In this document: positions 1 through 8,897 of the stretch, piece by piece
Position numbering within the stretch: position 1 is the first letter of the stretch
Layout: each line of letters begins with the position of its first letter
NCBI GenBank assembly: GCA_002396505.1
Contig: DGYA01000124.1
Span: 3,814-67,813 of the forward strand
Direction: 5' to 3'
Source of the DNA: Cyanobacteria bacterium UBA5018
Lineage (GTDB): Bacteria > Cyanobacteriota > Cyanobacteriia > PCC-6307 > Cyanobiaceae
Length of the DNA: 64,000 bases
The notes under the pieces: generated by a model
What the model saw: the letters and a program-made list of their open reading frames with translations, nothing else
Database searches by the model: none
What the model was told of the DNA's origin: nothing
Made by a program: the position numbers and the translations under genes

Positions 1-1360
1 CGCGGCTGTAATTATCACCAGTAGAAGTTTCGCGGCCACCCAAATCGCGGACCGAAGGATCACGCCAGGAAGAATCGGTACCATAAGGATCCCGACTTAA
101 AGCATCACGGCTATAGGCATCACGACTACCTGGATCTTCGGCCGCAGCATCGAAGCGACCTGGTTCGCGTTCATAACGATCCCGACCGTATAGATCGCCC
201 CTATCTTGATTGCGCCTGTCAAAATCGCCCCCGTCTAAATCTGACCTCGCTGGCTCGCCGCTATCCAAATCCCGGCGATCAAAGCCCTGCTGATCGAAAT
301 CGCGGCGATTCAGGTTAGGTTGATCCATATCCCGAGGATCGAAATCCCGACGATCCATATCCCGGCGATCGAAATCGCGGCGATCCAGATCGCGGCGATA
401 GGAATCATCTCGATCTAGATCGAAGCGATCGCGCCCCAACTGATCCCTTTCTCTGTCTTGCCGCTCACCGCGATCGAGATCCTGGCGATCGAACTGGCCC
501 CGGGGGCCAGCCACACCCCTGGGCTCCCGGCCTTCTGATCTGTACTCGGGCTCGTCTTCATCCAGGTAGCGGCGTTGGCGCAGGGGCTCGCGTTCGCGCC
601 GCTCCTCCACCTCCACGTACTCCAGCTGCTCCTCTGGCACCACGGCCCGACTGGTGGCGGGCTGGATGCGGCGCTGTTCGCTGGTGGCGGCCTGGCCGGC
701 GGCCAATTGGTTTTCCACGGGCACCATGCTGGAACGGAAGCGGTCGCGCTCTTCCTGCTCCCAGCTGGAGCCACCGATGCCAAGTTTTTCCAGCAGACCG
801 CTGCTCAACTGCTTGAGCTTTTCGTCGGCTCCTTCATAAACAATGATTCGATCTGGGCCACTGCTCACCAGCTCCTGCACCGACAGCTCCCAGGTGCTCA
901 ACACCCCCTCCCCCAGCAGGGGCACCCCAAGGGCACCAATCACCAGGCTGGCAAGTTCGCCGGTTTCAATATCAAAACTAAAGCCAAGAACCCGGCCCAA
1001 TACATTGCCAGCTTCGGTGATCACCTGGCAATTGATCACCTTGCTATAGCGCTCCGGATTGAAGGCCTCCACCAGGGAATCGGCCGAATCCACCAAAATC
1101 ACATCGCCCACCTGGCGAATCCGATCCAGGGGCATCCAGCGGGGCAGGCCCGGCAGAAAGCGGGTGAGCGGGTTGTCCCGCAGGCCGAGGGCCACCACCT
1201 CGCGACGATCGATGTCCACCACCACTTCGCCCACCACCCCCAGGCGGCGGCCTGTATCGCGGGTGATCACCTGGGTTCCCATCAGCTCAGAGCGCAGCCA
1301 GAGCCGATCGCTGGGGGTGGCTGAACCGGGATCCGCAGCAGGGGGGATGGAGGAGGTCAA
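1..1360 (-). CDS. PRC-barrel domain protein with long Arg/Asp-repeat C-terminal tail (3' end runs off the window)
   Basis: This ORF is absent from the supplied track because it has no stop inside the window. My manual minus-strand translation is open from TTG 1360 (alternative ATG 1282) down to base 1. It reads ...LRSELMGTQVITRDTGRRLGVVGEVVVDIDRREVVALGLRDNP... and later VINCQVITEAGNVLGRVLGFSFDIETGELASLVIG, which look like two PRC-barrel halves. The tail is ...DRRDFDRRDMDRRDFDPRDMD.... The plus-strand ORF 575..1324 is its antisense shadow. Confidence 0.7.
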   Translation of the reverse strand, partial: MTSSIPPAADPGSATPSDRLWLRSELMGTQVITRDTGRRLGVVGEVVVDIDRREVVALGLRDNPLTRFLPGLPRWMPLDRIRQVGDVILVDSADSLVEAFNPERYSKVINCQVITEAGNVLGRVLGFSFDIETGELASLVIGALGVPLLGEGVLSTWELSVQELVSSGPDRIIVYEGADEKLKQLSSGLLEKLGIGGSSWEQEERDRFRSSMVPVENQLAAGQAATSEQRRIQPATSRAVVPEEQLEYVEVEERREREPLRQRRYLDEDEPEYRSEGREPRGVAGPRGQFDRQDLDRGERQDRERDQLGRDRFDLDRDDSYRRDLDRRDFDRRDMDRRDFDPRDMDQPNLNRRDFDQQGFDRRDLDSGEPARSDLDGGDFDRRNQDRGDLYGRDRYEREPGRFDAAAEDPGSRDAYSRDALSRDPYGTDSSWRDPSVRDLGGRETSTGDNYSR

Positions 1361-1461
1361 GTCGGCAGATCCTGGACGGGTCTAGGGAGAGGTGCAGGGC
1401 CCAGTCGATCCATTGTGGCGCAGGCCGTCACGATCAGCCCATCGCGATCAAGGGGTCTCGA

Positions 1462-4400
1462 TCAGGCAGCCGGGGGCATGCCAACCACCTGGGTGTGGGC
1501 ACCGCGGGCCTGGGTGACGCCGATGGTGCGGTTGGCGGCGGCGATCATCGGCCGCCGGTGGCTGACCACCAGGAACTGGGCGGCATCGGCCTGGGCGGCG
1601 ATCAGCCCCGCCAGCCGCTCCACATTCACCCCATCAAGGAAGCTGTCCACCTCATCTAGGGCATAGAAGGGGGAGGGGCGAAAGCGCTGCAGGGCGAACA
1701 GGAAGCTGAGGGCGGTGAGCGACTTCTCGCCGCCGCTCATCGCCGCCAGCCGCCGCACGGCCTTGCCCTTGGGATGGGCCACCAGGGTGAGCCCCCCCTC
1801 CAGGGGCGCCTCGGGGTTATCCAGCTGCAGCTGCCCCTCCCCCTCCGATAGCCCCGCGAAGATCTCGCGGAAGTGGCCATCCACAGCCACAAATGCCTCC
1901 ATGAACGCCTCCTGGCGCAGGGTGGCCACGGTTTCGATCCGCAACAGCAGCTCCTGCCGCTCCTTGCTGAGCACTTCGAGGCGTTCATCCAGCTCCGCCA
2001 GCCGCTGCTCCAGCTGTTCCAGCTCCTCTAAGGCCAGCATGTTCACCGGTTCCAAAGCCTCCATCCGCTGCTGGATGGCGTGCAGATCCCGCTGCAGGGC
2101 CTCCAGGCCAGCGGCCCGCACCAGCTCGGGAATGGCGGGGGGTGGATCGGGCAGCTGGCGCTGGAGCTGCTCCAGCCGCTGCTGGCCGCTGCGCCTCTCC
2201 TCCTGCAGCCCCAGCAGTTCCTGGGCCAGCCGCTGCAGCTGCCACTGCTGTTGTTGCAACTGTTGTCGCCGGTCGGCCAGCTGGGCTTCGGCGATATCCC
2301 GGGCGCGCCGCTGCTCGCCAAAACGGGTTTGCAGCTCCTGCTGGCGGCTCTCCAGGGCGGTGCGTTGCTGCTGGTCCTGCTGCTGCTGCTGTTTCCACTG
2401 CTGCCGCTCGGCCACCAGCGCCTGCACCGCCGCCACCAGGCGCCGTTCATCGCCATCGAGGGCCTGCAAGCCCGTGGTGCAACGCTCCAGCGCCAGACTC
2501 CGCTCCCGCCGGGCGGCCAGCAGGCCATCCCGCTGTTGGCGGGCGGCGGAGAGGGCGGCATCGGCGCCCTCCAACTCTCTTTGCAGGCCCTGCCAGCGGG
2601 CGACATCGCCCGAGCCGGCGGCCTGGGCTTCCGCCGCCTCCAGTTCTGCCAACCGGCTGAGCATCGGGCCGATCTGGGCCTCTAATTGCCCCTGGCGCGG
2701 GCCATCGACGCCGATCGCCGCCGCCAGGGCGGCGAGGCGCTCGGCCAGCTGTTGCTGGCGCTGCTGCTGGGGGGCCAGGGCCCTGGCGGCCGCCTTGTAC
2801 TCCGCCTCCAGGGCTGCTCGACGCTGCTGGCGCTGCAGCAGCGCCGGGCGCTGGGCCTCCAGCTGCTGGGCCAGCTCCGCCTCCCGCCGCCGACAGGCCA
2901 CCAGGCTCTCGCCCAGCTCCAACAAGCGCCGGCGCAGCGGTTCGGCCTCGTCGCCCTCGGGGCTGCTGCCAAAGCTGAGCTGGCCACTGCGCTGCTGCAG
3001 GCTGCCGCCGGTCATGGCGCCGCTCTTCTCCAGCAGCTCCCCGTCGAGGGTCACCGCCCGGCAGCGGCCCAATTCGCGGCGGGCGCTGCTGAGATCGCCA
3101 AATACCAGGGTGTCGCCGAACACGTAGCGAAACACCTCGGCGTAGACCGGCTCGTGGCGCACCAGTTCCACGGCCCGCCCCACCAGGCCCCCGCCAGCGG
3201 GGCCTGGCGCTTCCCCCCGCCGCAGGGCGGCGGAATTGCTGGAGCCGGGGCTCGTGGAGCCGGCGCCGTAACCGCTGCCGCGGATCTTGTTCAGCGGCAG
3301 AAAGGTGAGCCGACCGGCGCGGCGGCTCTTGAGCAGCTCAATGGCGCGGGCGGCGATGCGGTCGTCATCCACCACCACCTGGCCGAGGCGGGCGCCGGCC
3401 GCCACCTCCAGGGCCAAGCGGTGCTGCTCCTGCACCTCCCCCAGCTGGGCGACAGGGCCATGGATGCCCTCCAGGCCGGCCTCCAGCAGCATCCGCAGGG
3501 CGCCTGTGCCACGGCTCTCCTGGAGGGTTTCGCGGCGGCTATCGAGGCGGGCGATCTCCCGCTCCAGCTGGGCCTGCTCCTGCTCCAGGCGGCTGCGGGT
3601 GCGCTGCTGCAGGGCCAGGGCTGCCGCCAGCTCCTGGAGCCCGGCCTGCGCCTGGGCCAGGTCTACTTCCAGCTGCTGCCATTCCCGTTCGGCCTGCTGC
3701 GACTGCTCGGCGGCGCTGCGGCCGGCATCGGTTTCGCCGGCCTGTTCGGCGCTTAGTTCCAGTTGGCGCTGGCGGTTCTGGCGCAGCCGTTCCAGCAGTT
3801 GCTGCAATTCGGCCTGCAGCGGCGCCAGGCCCTCGCTGAGCTGCTGGCGCTGCTGGCTGCGCTGGCGCTGCTGCTCCAGCCAGCTGCCGCTGCGGTCGGC
3901 CACCTCCCCCAGGCGCCGGCGGGAGAAGTCGACGGACGCTTCTGCATCGCGGCAGGCGACCTCGGCGGCCTGCAGGGGCTGTTCGTCGTCGTTGGCCTGG
4001 AGCAGCTGCAGCTGCTGGCGCAGCTCTGCCTGCTGGCCGGCCAGCTGCTGGCGCTGGCGCTGCAGGGCTTCTGCATCCAATTGGTGCTTTTCCGCCTGGC
4101 GGGCCAGTTCCCGGGCCCTGGCCTCCAAACCGGCCAGTTCGGCCTGCACGGCCAGCAGCTGATCTTCTCCGAGGGCCTTCACCTCAGCCTGCAGCTGTTC
4201 GAGCAGGGCGGCGGCGGCGGTGATTTCGCCTTCCTTCACCAGCAGCTCCGCCTGGCCCTGCTGTTGCTGTTGCTCGAGGGCCTGCTGGCGCTGGTCGAGC
4301 TGCCGCAGGGCCAGGGCGGCGGCCTCCCAGGCCAACAGCTGTTCCTGCAGGCGGCCTGTCTGGAGGCGCTGGCGCAGCTCCTGGTAGCTGCGGGCCTTGG

Positions 4401-5100
4401 CGCAGTCGCGCTCCAGTTTCTGGCGCGACACCAGCAGCTCCTGGCGCACGATGTCGCAGCGCTCCTGGCTTTCCTGCACCTCGCTGAGCTTGCCGCGACT
4501 CTGCTCGATGCGGGTATCGAAGAGGGCCACCCCTGCCAGTTCATCGATGATGCCGCGGCGATCGCGGGAGCTCATCGAGACGATGCGGGTGACATCGCCC
4601 TGCATGACCACGTTGCTGCCCTCTGGATCCACCCGCAGGCGGCGCAATTGGGTCTGCAGCTGCTGCAGATTGCAGGGCACCCCGTCGGCGTTGAAGCTGC
4701 TGCTGTAGGTGCCCCCCGGCGCCACCCGCAGCCGCCGGCTGACGGTCCAGCTGCTCTGGCCGGGCTGGATCCAGGGACCCTGCTCCACCAGCTCCAGGCC
4801 CAATTCGGATGGATCGGGCTGCCAGTCGGCCAGGTCAAAGCGCACGCTGACCACGGTTTCGGCGGCGCGGCCCTGGCGGAGCATGGCGCTATTGATCAGA
4901 TCGGGCAGCCGTTCGGCGCGCATGCCGCGGCTGGTGGCCAGGCCCAGGCAGAACAGCACCGCATCGAGGATGTTGCTCTTGCCCGAGCCATTGGGGCCGG
5001 TAACCACCGTAAAACCGGTCTCGAGCGGGATCGAGATCGAGCCGCCAAACGACTTGAAGTGGGTGAGCTCGACCTGATTGATGTGGACCAACAGGCCCAT
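1462..5100 (-). CDS. smc: Chromosome segregation protein SMC
   Basis: It has an N-terminal Walker A (GPNGSGKSN), very long Q/E/L/A-rich coiled coils and a central hinge. The C-terminus carries MSGGEKSLTALSFLFAL...YALDEVDSFLD (signature plus Walker B). The start is taken at MGLLVHINQVELTHFKSFGG; the ORF is open to 5136. Confidence 0.95.
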   Translation of the reverse strand: MGLLVHINQVELTHFKSFGGSISIPLETGFTVVTGPNGSGKSNILDAVLFCLGLATSRGMRAERLPDLINSAMLRQGRAAETVVSVRFDLADWQPDPSELGLELVEQGPWIQPGQSSWTVSRRLRVAPGGTYSSSFNADGVPCNLQQLQTQLRRLRVDPEGSNVVMQGDVTRIVSMSSRDRRGIIDELAGVALFDTRIEQSRGKLSEVQESQERCDIVRQELLVSRQKLERDCAKARSYQELRQRLQTGRLQEQLLAWEAAALALRQLDQRQQALEQQQQQGQAELLVKEGEITAAAALLEQLQAEVKALGEDQLLAVQAELAGLEARARELARQAEKHQLDAEALQRQRQQLAGQQAELRQQLQLLQANDDEQPLQAAEVACRDAEASVDFSRRRLGEVADRSGSWLEQQRQRSQQRQQLSEGLAPLQAELQQLLERLRQNRQRQLELSAEQAGETDAGRSAAEQSQQAEREWQQLEVDLAQAQAGLQELAAALALQQRTRSRLEQEQAQLEREIARLDSRRETLQESRGTGALRMLLEAGLEGIHGPVAQLGEVQEQHRLALEVAAGARLGQVVVDDDRIAARAIELLKSRRAGRLTFLPLNKIRGSGYGAGSTSPGSSNSAALRRGEAPGPAGGGLVGRAVELVRHEPVYAEVFRYVFGDTLVFGDLSSARRELGRCRAVTLDGELLEKSGAMTGGSLQQRSGQLSFGSSPEGDEAEPLRRRLLELGESLVACRRREAELAQQLEAQRPALLQRQQRRAALEAEYKAAARALAPQQQRQQQLAERLAALAAAIGVDGPRQGQLEAQIGPMLSRLAELEAAEAQAAGSGDVARWQGLQRELEGADAALSAARQQRDGLLAARRERSLALERCTTGLQALDGDERRLVAAVQALVAERQQWKQQQQQDQQQRTALESRQQELQTRFGEQRRARDIAEAQLADRRQQLQQQQWQLQRLAQELLGLQEERRSGQQRLEQLQRQLPDPPPAIPELVRAAGLEALQRDLHAIQQRMEALEPVNMLALEELEQLEQRLAELDERLEVLSKERQELLLRIETVATLRQEAFMEAFVAVDGHFREIFAGLSEGEGQLQLDNPEAPLEGGLTLVAHPKGKAVRRLAAMSGGEKSLTALSFLFALQRFRPSPFYALDEVDSFLDGVNVERLAGLIAAQADAAQFLVVSHRRPMIAAANRTIGVTQARGAHTQVVGMPPAA

Positions 5101-5184
5101 TCGCCAGTCATCGGAAATGTAGCGGAGGCTGCCCACCGCTCCAGGGAGTTCCTAGCCTGGGCTTAGCAACGCGCGCGAGGTTAG

Positions 5185-5880
5185 ATGGATCCCAATACCA
5201 GGCTGAATCCAGCGACAGGCCTGGATCCCGATACCAGGCTGAATCCGGATACCAGGCTGGATCCGGAGCAACGGCTGAATCCTGAGTCCCACCTAAAACC
5301 CGAAACAAAACTGGCTGGCGAGACTGAACTGCATGGCGAGACAGGGCTGCATGACGAGACAGGGCTGGCTCTCGATCCCCCCAACCCCGCGGCGACCAGC
5401 CCCGCGGCTGCCAGCCCCGCATGCCAGGTGCCCAAGCCGGAACCACCCGGCTGGCGGCACCAGTCCGGGGGGGCTGGGGCGGCGCAGTTGCCGCTGGTGA
5501 ACAGCTTCCGCGAGCGCTTTGAGGCGCTGCTACCTCGCATCCAGGAGCAGTGGCCCAGCGTGGCCCGCCACAGCCTGGAGGCCAGCCGCGGCAGCCTAGA
5601 GGAGGTTGCGGCGGTGATCGCCAGCCAAACGGGCCGCACCGCCACGGTGGTGCAAGAACAGCTGCTGGAACTGCTGCAGGTGGCCGGCGAGCAGACAGCC
5701 CGCCTGGCCGATGGCCTCGAACCCCTGGAGCAGCAGCTGCAGCGCCTGCTAGACGAACTCGACGCCACCCTGAGGCCCCGGCTGGAGGCGCCGGTGCGTC
5801 AGCGGCCCCTGTTGGCCGTGGGCCTGGCCGCCGGCGTGGGCCTGCTGGTTGGCATGCTGCTCTCCTCCAGACGGCGCTAG
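5185..5880 (+). CDS. DUF883 (ElaB/YqjD)-like tail-anchored protein with N-terminal hexapeptide repeats
   Basis: The C-terminus ...PVRQRPLLAVGLAAGVGLLVGMLLSSRRR* resembles the DUF883 tail anchor, and the middle is helical. Positions 5230-5373 are 8 in-frame 18-nt units encoding (D/E)TxLxx. The start is uncertain (alternative GTG 5497). Confidence 0.5.
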   Translation: MDPNTRLNPATGLDPDTRLNPDTRLDPEQRLNPESHLKPETKLAGETELHGETGLHDETGLALDPPNPAATSPAAASPACQVPKPEPPGWRHQSGGAGAAQLPLVNSFRERFEALLPRIQEQWPSVARHSLEASRGSLEEVAAVIASQTGRTATVVQEQLLELLQVAGEQTARLADGLEPLEQQLQRLLDELDATLRPRLEAPVRQRPLLAVGLAAGVGLLVGMLLSSRRR

Positions 5881-5882
5881 GC

Positions 5883-6281
5883 ATGACTGAGTCGCAACCC
5901 CAGGGCCAGGGCCAGGGTCGCGGCCCCGGAATGGCTGGCCGGGTGACGGCCCTGGCCGCCTCGGTGATGGATTTGCACGTGCGCATCGCCCTGCAGGAAA
6001 TCGACCGGGAGAAGCGGCGGCTGATTGGCGGCGGCCTGTTTTTGATCCTGGGGGGAGTGTTGATGCTGCTGGCCCTGGTGGCGCTGCAGGCGGCCCTGGT
6101 GGTGTGGCTGGTGCAGGGCCAGGGCTGGCCGCTGGGCCAGGCGCTGCTGGCGGTGGCGGCCCTGGATTTGACGGTGGCTGGCGCCAGCCTGCGGCTCGGC
6201 GGCCTGCTCACCAAGGGGCCCTACCTGCCCCAAACCATCGAGGGCCTCAACCGCACCAGCCGCGCCCTGCTGGGCCGCTGA
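5883..6281 (+). CDS. Phage holin family / Holin-X (YqjE-like) membrane protein
   Basis: ATG 5883 lies 2 nt after the upstream stop. DLHVRIALQEIDREKRRLIGGGLFLILGGVLMLLALVAL... is followed by further TM segments. This is the typical partner of DUF883 genes (yqjD-yqjE arrangement). Confidence 0.55.
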   Translation: MTESQPQGQGQGRGPGMAGRVTALAASVMDLHVRIALQEIDREKRRLIGGGLFLILGGVLMLLALVALQAALVVWLVQGQGWPLGQALLAVAALDLTVAGASLRLGGLLTKGPYLPQTIEGLNRTSRALLGR

Positions 6282-6597
6282 GCACCGAACAAATCATGGT
6301 GATCACCGGCATCCCCCTAGACCACCTGCGCCACACCCGCGCCTTCCAAGAAATCCACAACGAGGGAATGCAAAAGGCCTACAGGAAGGCCTACAGAAAG
6401 GCCGACAGGAAGGCCAACGCCAGGAGGCCGCCGCCCTCACCATGAGGCAGCTCGATCGCCGTTGCGGGCCCCTTCTCCCCGCCAACAGGGCCGCCATCGA
6501 GGCGCTGGAGCTGGTAAAGCTGGAGACCCTGGCAGAAGAGTTGCTGGACTTCAGCGGCGCGGCAGACCTGCTGCGCTGGCTTGATCTACAGGGCTGA
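6277..6597 (+). pseudogene. 3' fragment of an Rpn/DUF2887-family gene (DUF4351-like C-terminal part), frameshifted
   Basis: Nucleotide homology to 7308..7632 of the intact copy begins at GCTGAGCACCGAACAAATCATGG, exactly at the stop codon of the preceding gene. It encodes LSTEQIMVITGIPLDHLRHTRAFQEI..., then shifts frame before ...QEAAALTMRQLDRRCGPLLPANRAAIEALEL...LLDFSGAADLLRWLDLQG*. Confidence 0.7.
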
Positions 6598-6687
6598 GAG
6601 CTGGATTCGCAAGCGGGCTAAACAGATTCGCGGCCCCCTATTTCTATTTCCCGCCGCCGTAGTTTCCAGCCCAACCTCAAACCACCA

Positions 6688-7632
6688 TTGAAGAGCGACC
6701 ACTGGTTCTACCGGGTGTTTCAGGCGTTGCCCGATCTAATCCGCTGGCTGCCGGCTAACGATGCTGATTCTGGCTCCGGCTTTGCTGACCAGGGCCTGGC
6801 GACAGCGGGCCAAGGACTGCTGGAAGCGGGAGAAGACAGTCTTTATCGCTTTTCGGCGCCAGAACTAAAAGCCCTTAGCCACCGCCTCGATGGCCTGCTC
6901 TGGCCCAGGGATTCAGCCTCTGGCTCCGAGGCTCTGCCGGTGGTGATCCTCGAGGTGCAGATGCACCCCGATCCGGTCTTTCACCACCGTTTAGCGGCCG
7001 AAACCTTCCGCTTTCTCCAGCAGCAGCCCCAGGTGCGCCACCTGCGGGTGGTGGTGCTCCTGGCCCATAGCCGGCTGAACCTGGGGACAAGGCAACCCGC
7101 CGCCCTCGGGCGCTTCCTCACAGAAGACGTGGCCTGGGTGGATCTAGAGGCACTCTGCCGCCAGCAAGGCACCGATCCCCTGCTGGCGCTGCTCACCATC
7201 CCCCTGCGGCCGGAACCAGAGCTGGGCAGTTGCTGCCAGGAAATCCTGGCGTTGCGACCAGAACTGCTGGAGCTGATTTTGCCTATGCTTGTGGAAAGAT
7301 TCGCTGAGCTGAGCACCGAACAAATCATGGTGATCACCGGCATCCCCCTAGACGACCTCCGCCACACCCGCGCCTTCCAGGAAATCCTCAGCGAGGGCAA
7401 ATACAAGGGCCGACAAGAAGGTCTGCAGGAAGGCCTGCAAAAAGGCCAACGCCAGGAGGCCGCCGCCCTCACCCTGCGGCTACTCGAACGCCGCTGCGGG
7501 CCCCTACTACCCGCCACCAGGGCCGCCATTGAGGCGCTGGAGCTACCGCAGCTGGAGAGCCTGGCAGAAGAGTTGCTGGACTTCAGCGGCGCGGCAGACC
7601 TGCTGCGCTGGCTGGAGCTGCAGCAGTGCTGA
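6688..7632 (+). CDS. Rpn-family recombination-promoting nuclease / putative transposase (cyanobacterial DUF2887 type, DUF4351-like C-terminus)
   Basis: It starts at a TTG. MKSDHWFYRVFQALPDLIRWL...YRFSAPELKALSHRLDGLLWP...PVVILEVQMHPDPVFHHRLAAETFRFLQQ matches the pattern I know for DUF2887/Rpn PD-(D/E)XK proteins. The C-terminus ...TLRLLERRCGPLLPATRAAIEALELPQLESLAEELLDFSGAADLLRWL is DUF4351-like. Confidence 0.7.
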   Translation: MKSDHWFYRVFQALPDLIRWLPANDADSGSGFADQGLATAGQGLLEAGEDSLYRFSAPELKALSHRLDGLLWPRDSASGSEALPVVILEVQMHPDPVFHHRLAAETFRFLQQQPQVRHLRVVVLLAHSRLNLGTRQPAALGRFLTEDVAWVDLEALCRQQGTDPLLALLTIPLRPEPELGSCCQEILALRPELLELILPMLVERFAELSTEQIMVITGIPLDDLRHTRAFQEILSEGKYKGRQEGLQEGLQKGQRQEAAALTLRLLERRCGPLLPATRAAIEALELPQLESLAEELLDFSGAADLLRWLELQQC

Positions 7633-7723
7633 GGGCTGGAATCGCAAGCAGGCTAAACAGATTCGCGGCCCCCTATTTCTATTTCGCGCCGCCGTAGTTT
7701 CCAGCCCAGCCTCAAACCCCCCA

Positions 7724-7903
7724 TTGAAGAGCGACCACTGGTTCTACCGGATGTTCCAGGCGTTGCCCGATCTAATCCGCTGGCTGCCGGCTAACGATGC
7801 TGATAAATCGAGGCGCCTACGGCGCCCTCCGCAACAAACCAACAGCCTTAAATCCAGAAACCATAAATCCAACAGCCAAGGGCTAAGAAAATCCAATGGT
7901 TAA
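7724..7903 (+). pseudogene. 5' fragment of a further Rpn/DUF2887 copy (first ~27 codons conserved, then unrelated tail)
   Basis: The spacer plus TTG-KSDHWFYRMFQALPDLIRWLPANDAD repeats 6598..6768 almost exactly. Homology stops at 7804. Confidence 0.6.
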
Positions 7904-7922
7904 GGGATTAAGAGCTTAAGTA

Positions 7923-8897
7923 TTAAGAAGAACAGCCCTGGGGGAGGCAGACCAAACGCAAACCGACGTTGAAGTTGACGTAGCCAGGCCGGGAACGGAG
8001 GCGGTAGGCCGAGCGGCAGTACCTGGGGAGGGGGTCCCAGGAGCCGCCGCGCAGCAGCCTTGAAATAAATCTGTCATCTTTATTAACATCAGCACGCTTG
8101 ATATCCGCGTCCACCCAGGCGCTGCCATCGATCGGTGCTCCCTCATAGCTGGGGGGCCATTGATCCAAGCACCACTCCCACACATTGCCATGCATATCCC
8201 GCAGACCCCAAGCATTAGCTGGGAAAGCTTTGATAGTAGAAGCACTGGCTGGCAACGTACCCACCGGTGTGGTCTGCCGCCGATACTCGCCCTTTGGACC
8301 ATCACCATAAGTACGATTACCATCGTAATTAGCAAGCTCCGAGCTGATCGTTTCCCCAAAGTTAAACGGTGTAACACTGCCCGCCCGGCAGGCATATTCC
8401 CACTGGGCTTCGCTGGGTAAGCTGTAGTTTTGGCCCGTACGCTTACTTAAGCGTTTGCAAAATTCGATCGCATCTTCCCAGCTTACCTCCTCCACCGGCC
8501 TCTGATCAGTGTTCAACTCACAAGCCAACAACCCAGCATTGCCGCCTTTTTGTTCATCGCCAACCTGAAAGTAGGAGGGGTTTGACTTCAACTCCCTCCC
8601 CCAGCTTTCCCCATCCGGCGGCTGCCAACCAGCCACCACCCGCCACTGGGCCTGAGTAATCGGCGTTTGGCCCATCAAGAACTCCCCAATCTCCACCCGA
8701 TGTTGAGGTCCTTCGGCATCAATCCGCTCCTCCTCCCCCTCCGGCGAACCCATCAAAAAGCTGCCGGCCGGAATCTTCAGCATCGTGAGCTCGAGCCCAT
8801 CGATCCGCTCCACAAAGGCCTGGCTACGGCTGCGCCAGCGCAGAATTTGAAGGGGTTCACCAAGCCGCTGGCCCCTGGCACCGCCAGCCCTAGACAT
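7923..8897 (-). CDS. Formylglycine-generating enzyme (SUMF1/FGE-sulfatase) domain protein
   Basis: Motifs: IPAGSFLMGSPEGEEERIDAEGPQHRVEIGEFLMGQTPITQAQW..., ...NAWGLRDMHGNVWEWCLD... and RGGSWDPLPRYCRSAYR. G+C looks lower than the neighbours (about 53% in one hand-counted 60-nt line). Confidence 0.85.
   Translation of the reverse strand: MSRAGGARGQRLGEPLQILRWRSRSQAFVERIDGLELTMLKIPAGSFLMGSPEGEEERIDAEGPQHRVEIGEFLMGQTPITQAQWRVVAGWQPPDGESWGRELKSNPSYFQVGDEQKGGNAGLLACELNTDQRPVEEVSWEDAIEFCKRLSKRTGQNYSLPSEAQWEYACRAGSVTPFNFGETISSELANYDGNRTYGDGPKGEYRRQTTPVGTLPASASTIKAFPANAWGLRDMHGNVWEWCLDQWPPSYEGAPIDGSAWVDADIKRADVNKDDRFISRLLRGGSWDPLPRYCRSAYRLRSRPGYVNFNVGLRLVCLPQGCSS

Noticed and set aside
575-1324. 249-aa plus-strand ORF (and 415..783 minus, 654..839, 843..1049, 1059..1385 plus)
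   Set aside because: The products are His/Gly/Ala/Gln-rich junk. The opposite strand in another frame gives a clean PRC-barrel protein that is open over the whole region. These ORFs are antisense or off-frame shadows typical of high-GC DNA.
1715-5166. Many long ORFs on both strands inside smc (e.g. 1715..3127, 2686..3756, 3287..4162, 3763..5166)
   Set aside because: They are Ala/Arg/Ser/Cys/Leu-rich low-complexity translations of the GC-rich coiled-coil-coding repeats. SMC on the minus strand explains the region completely.
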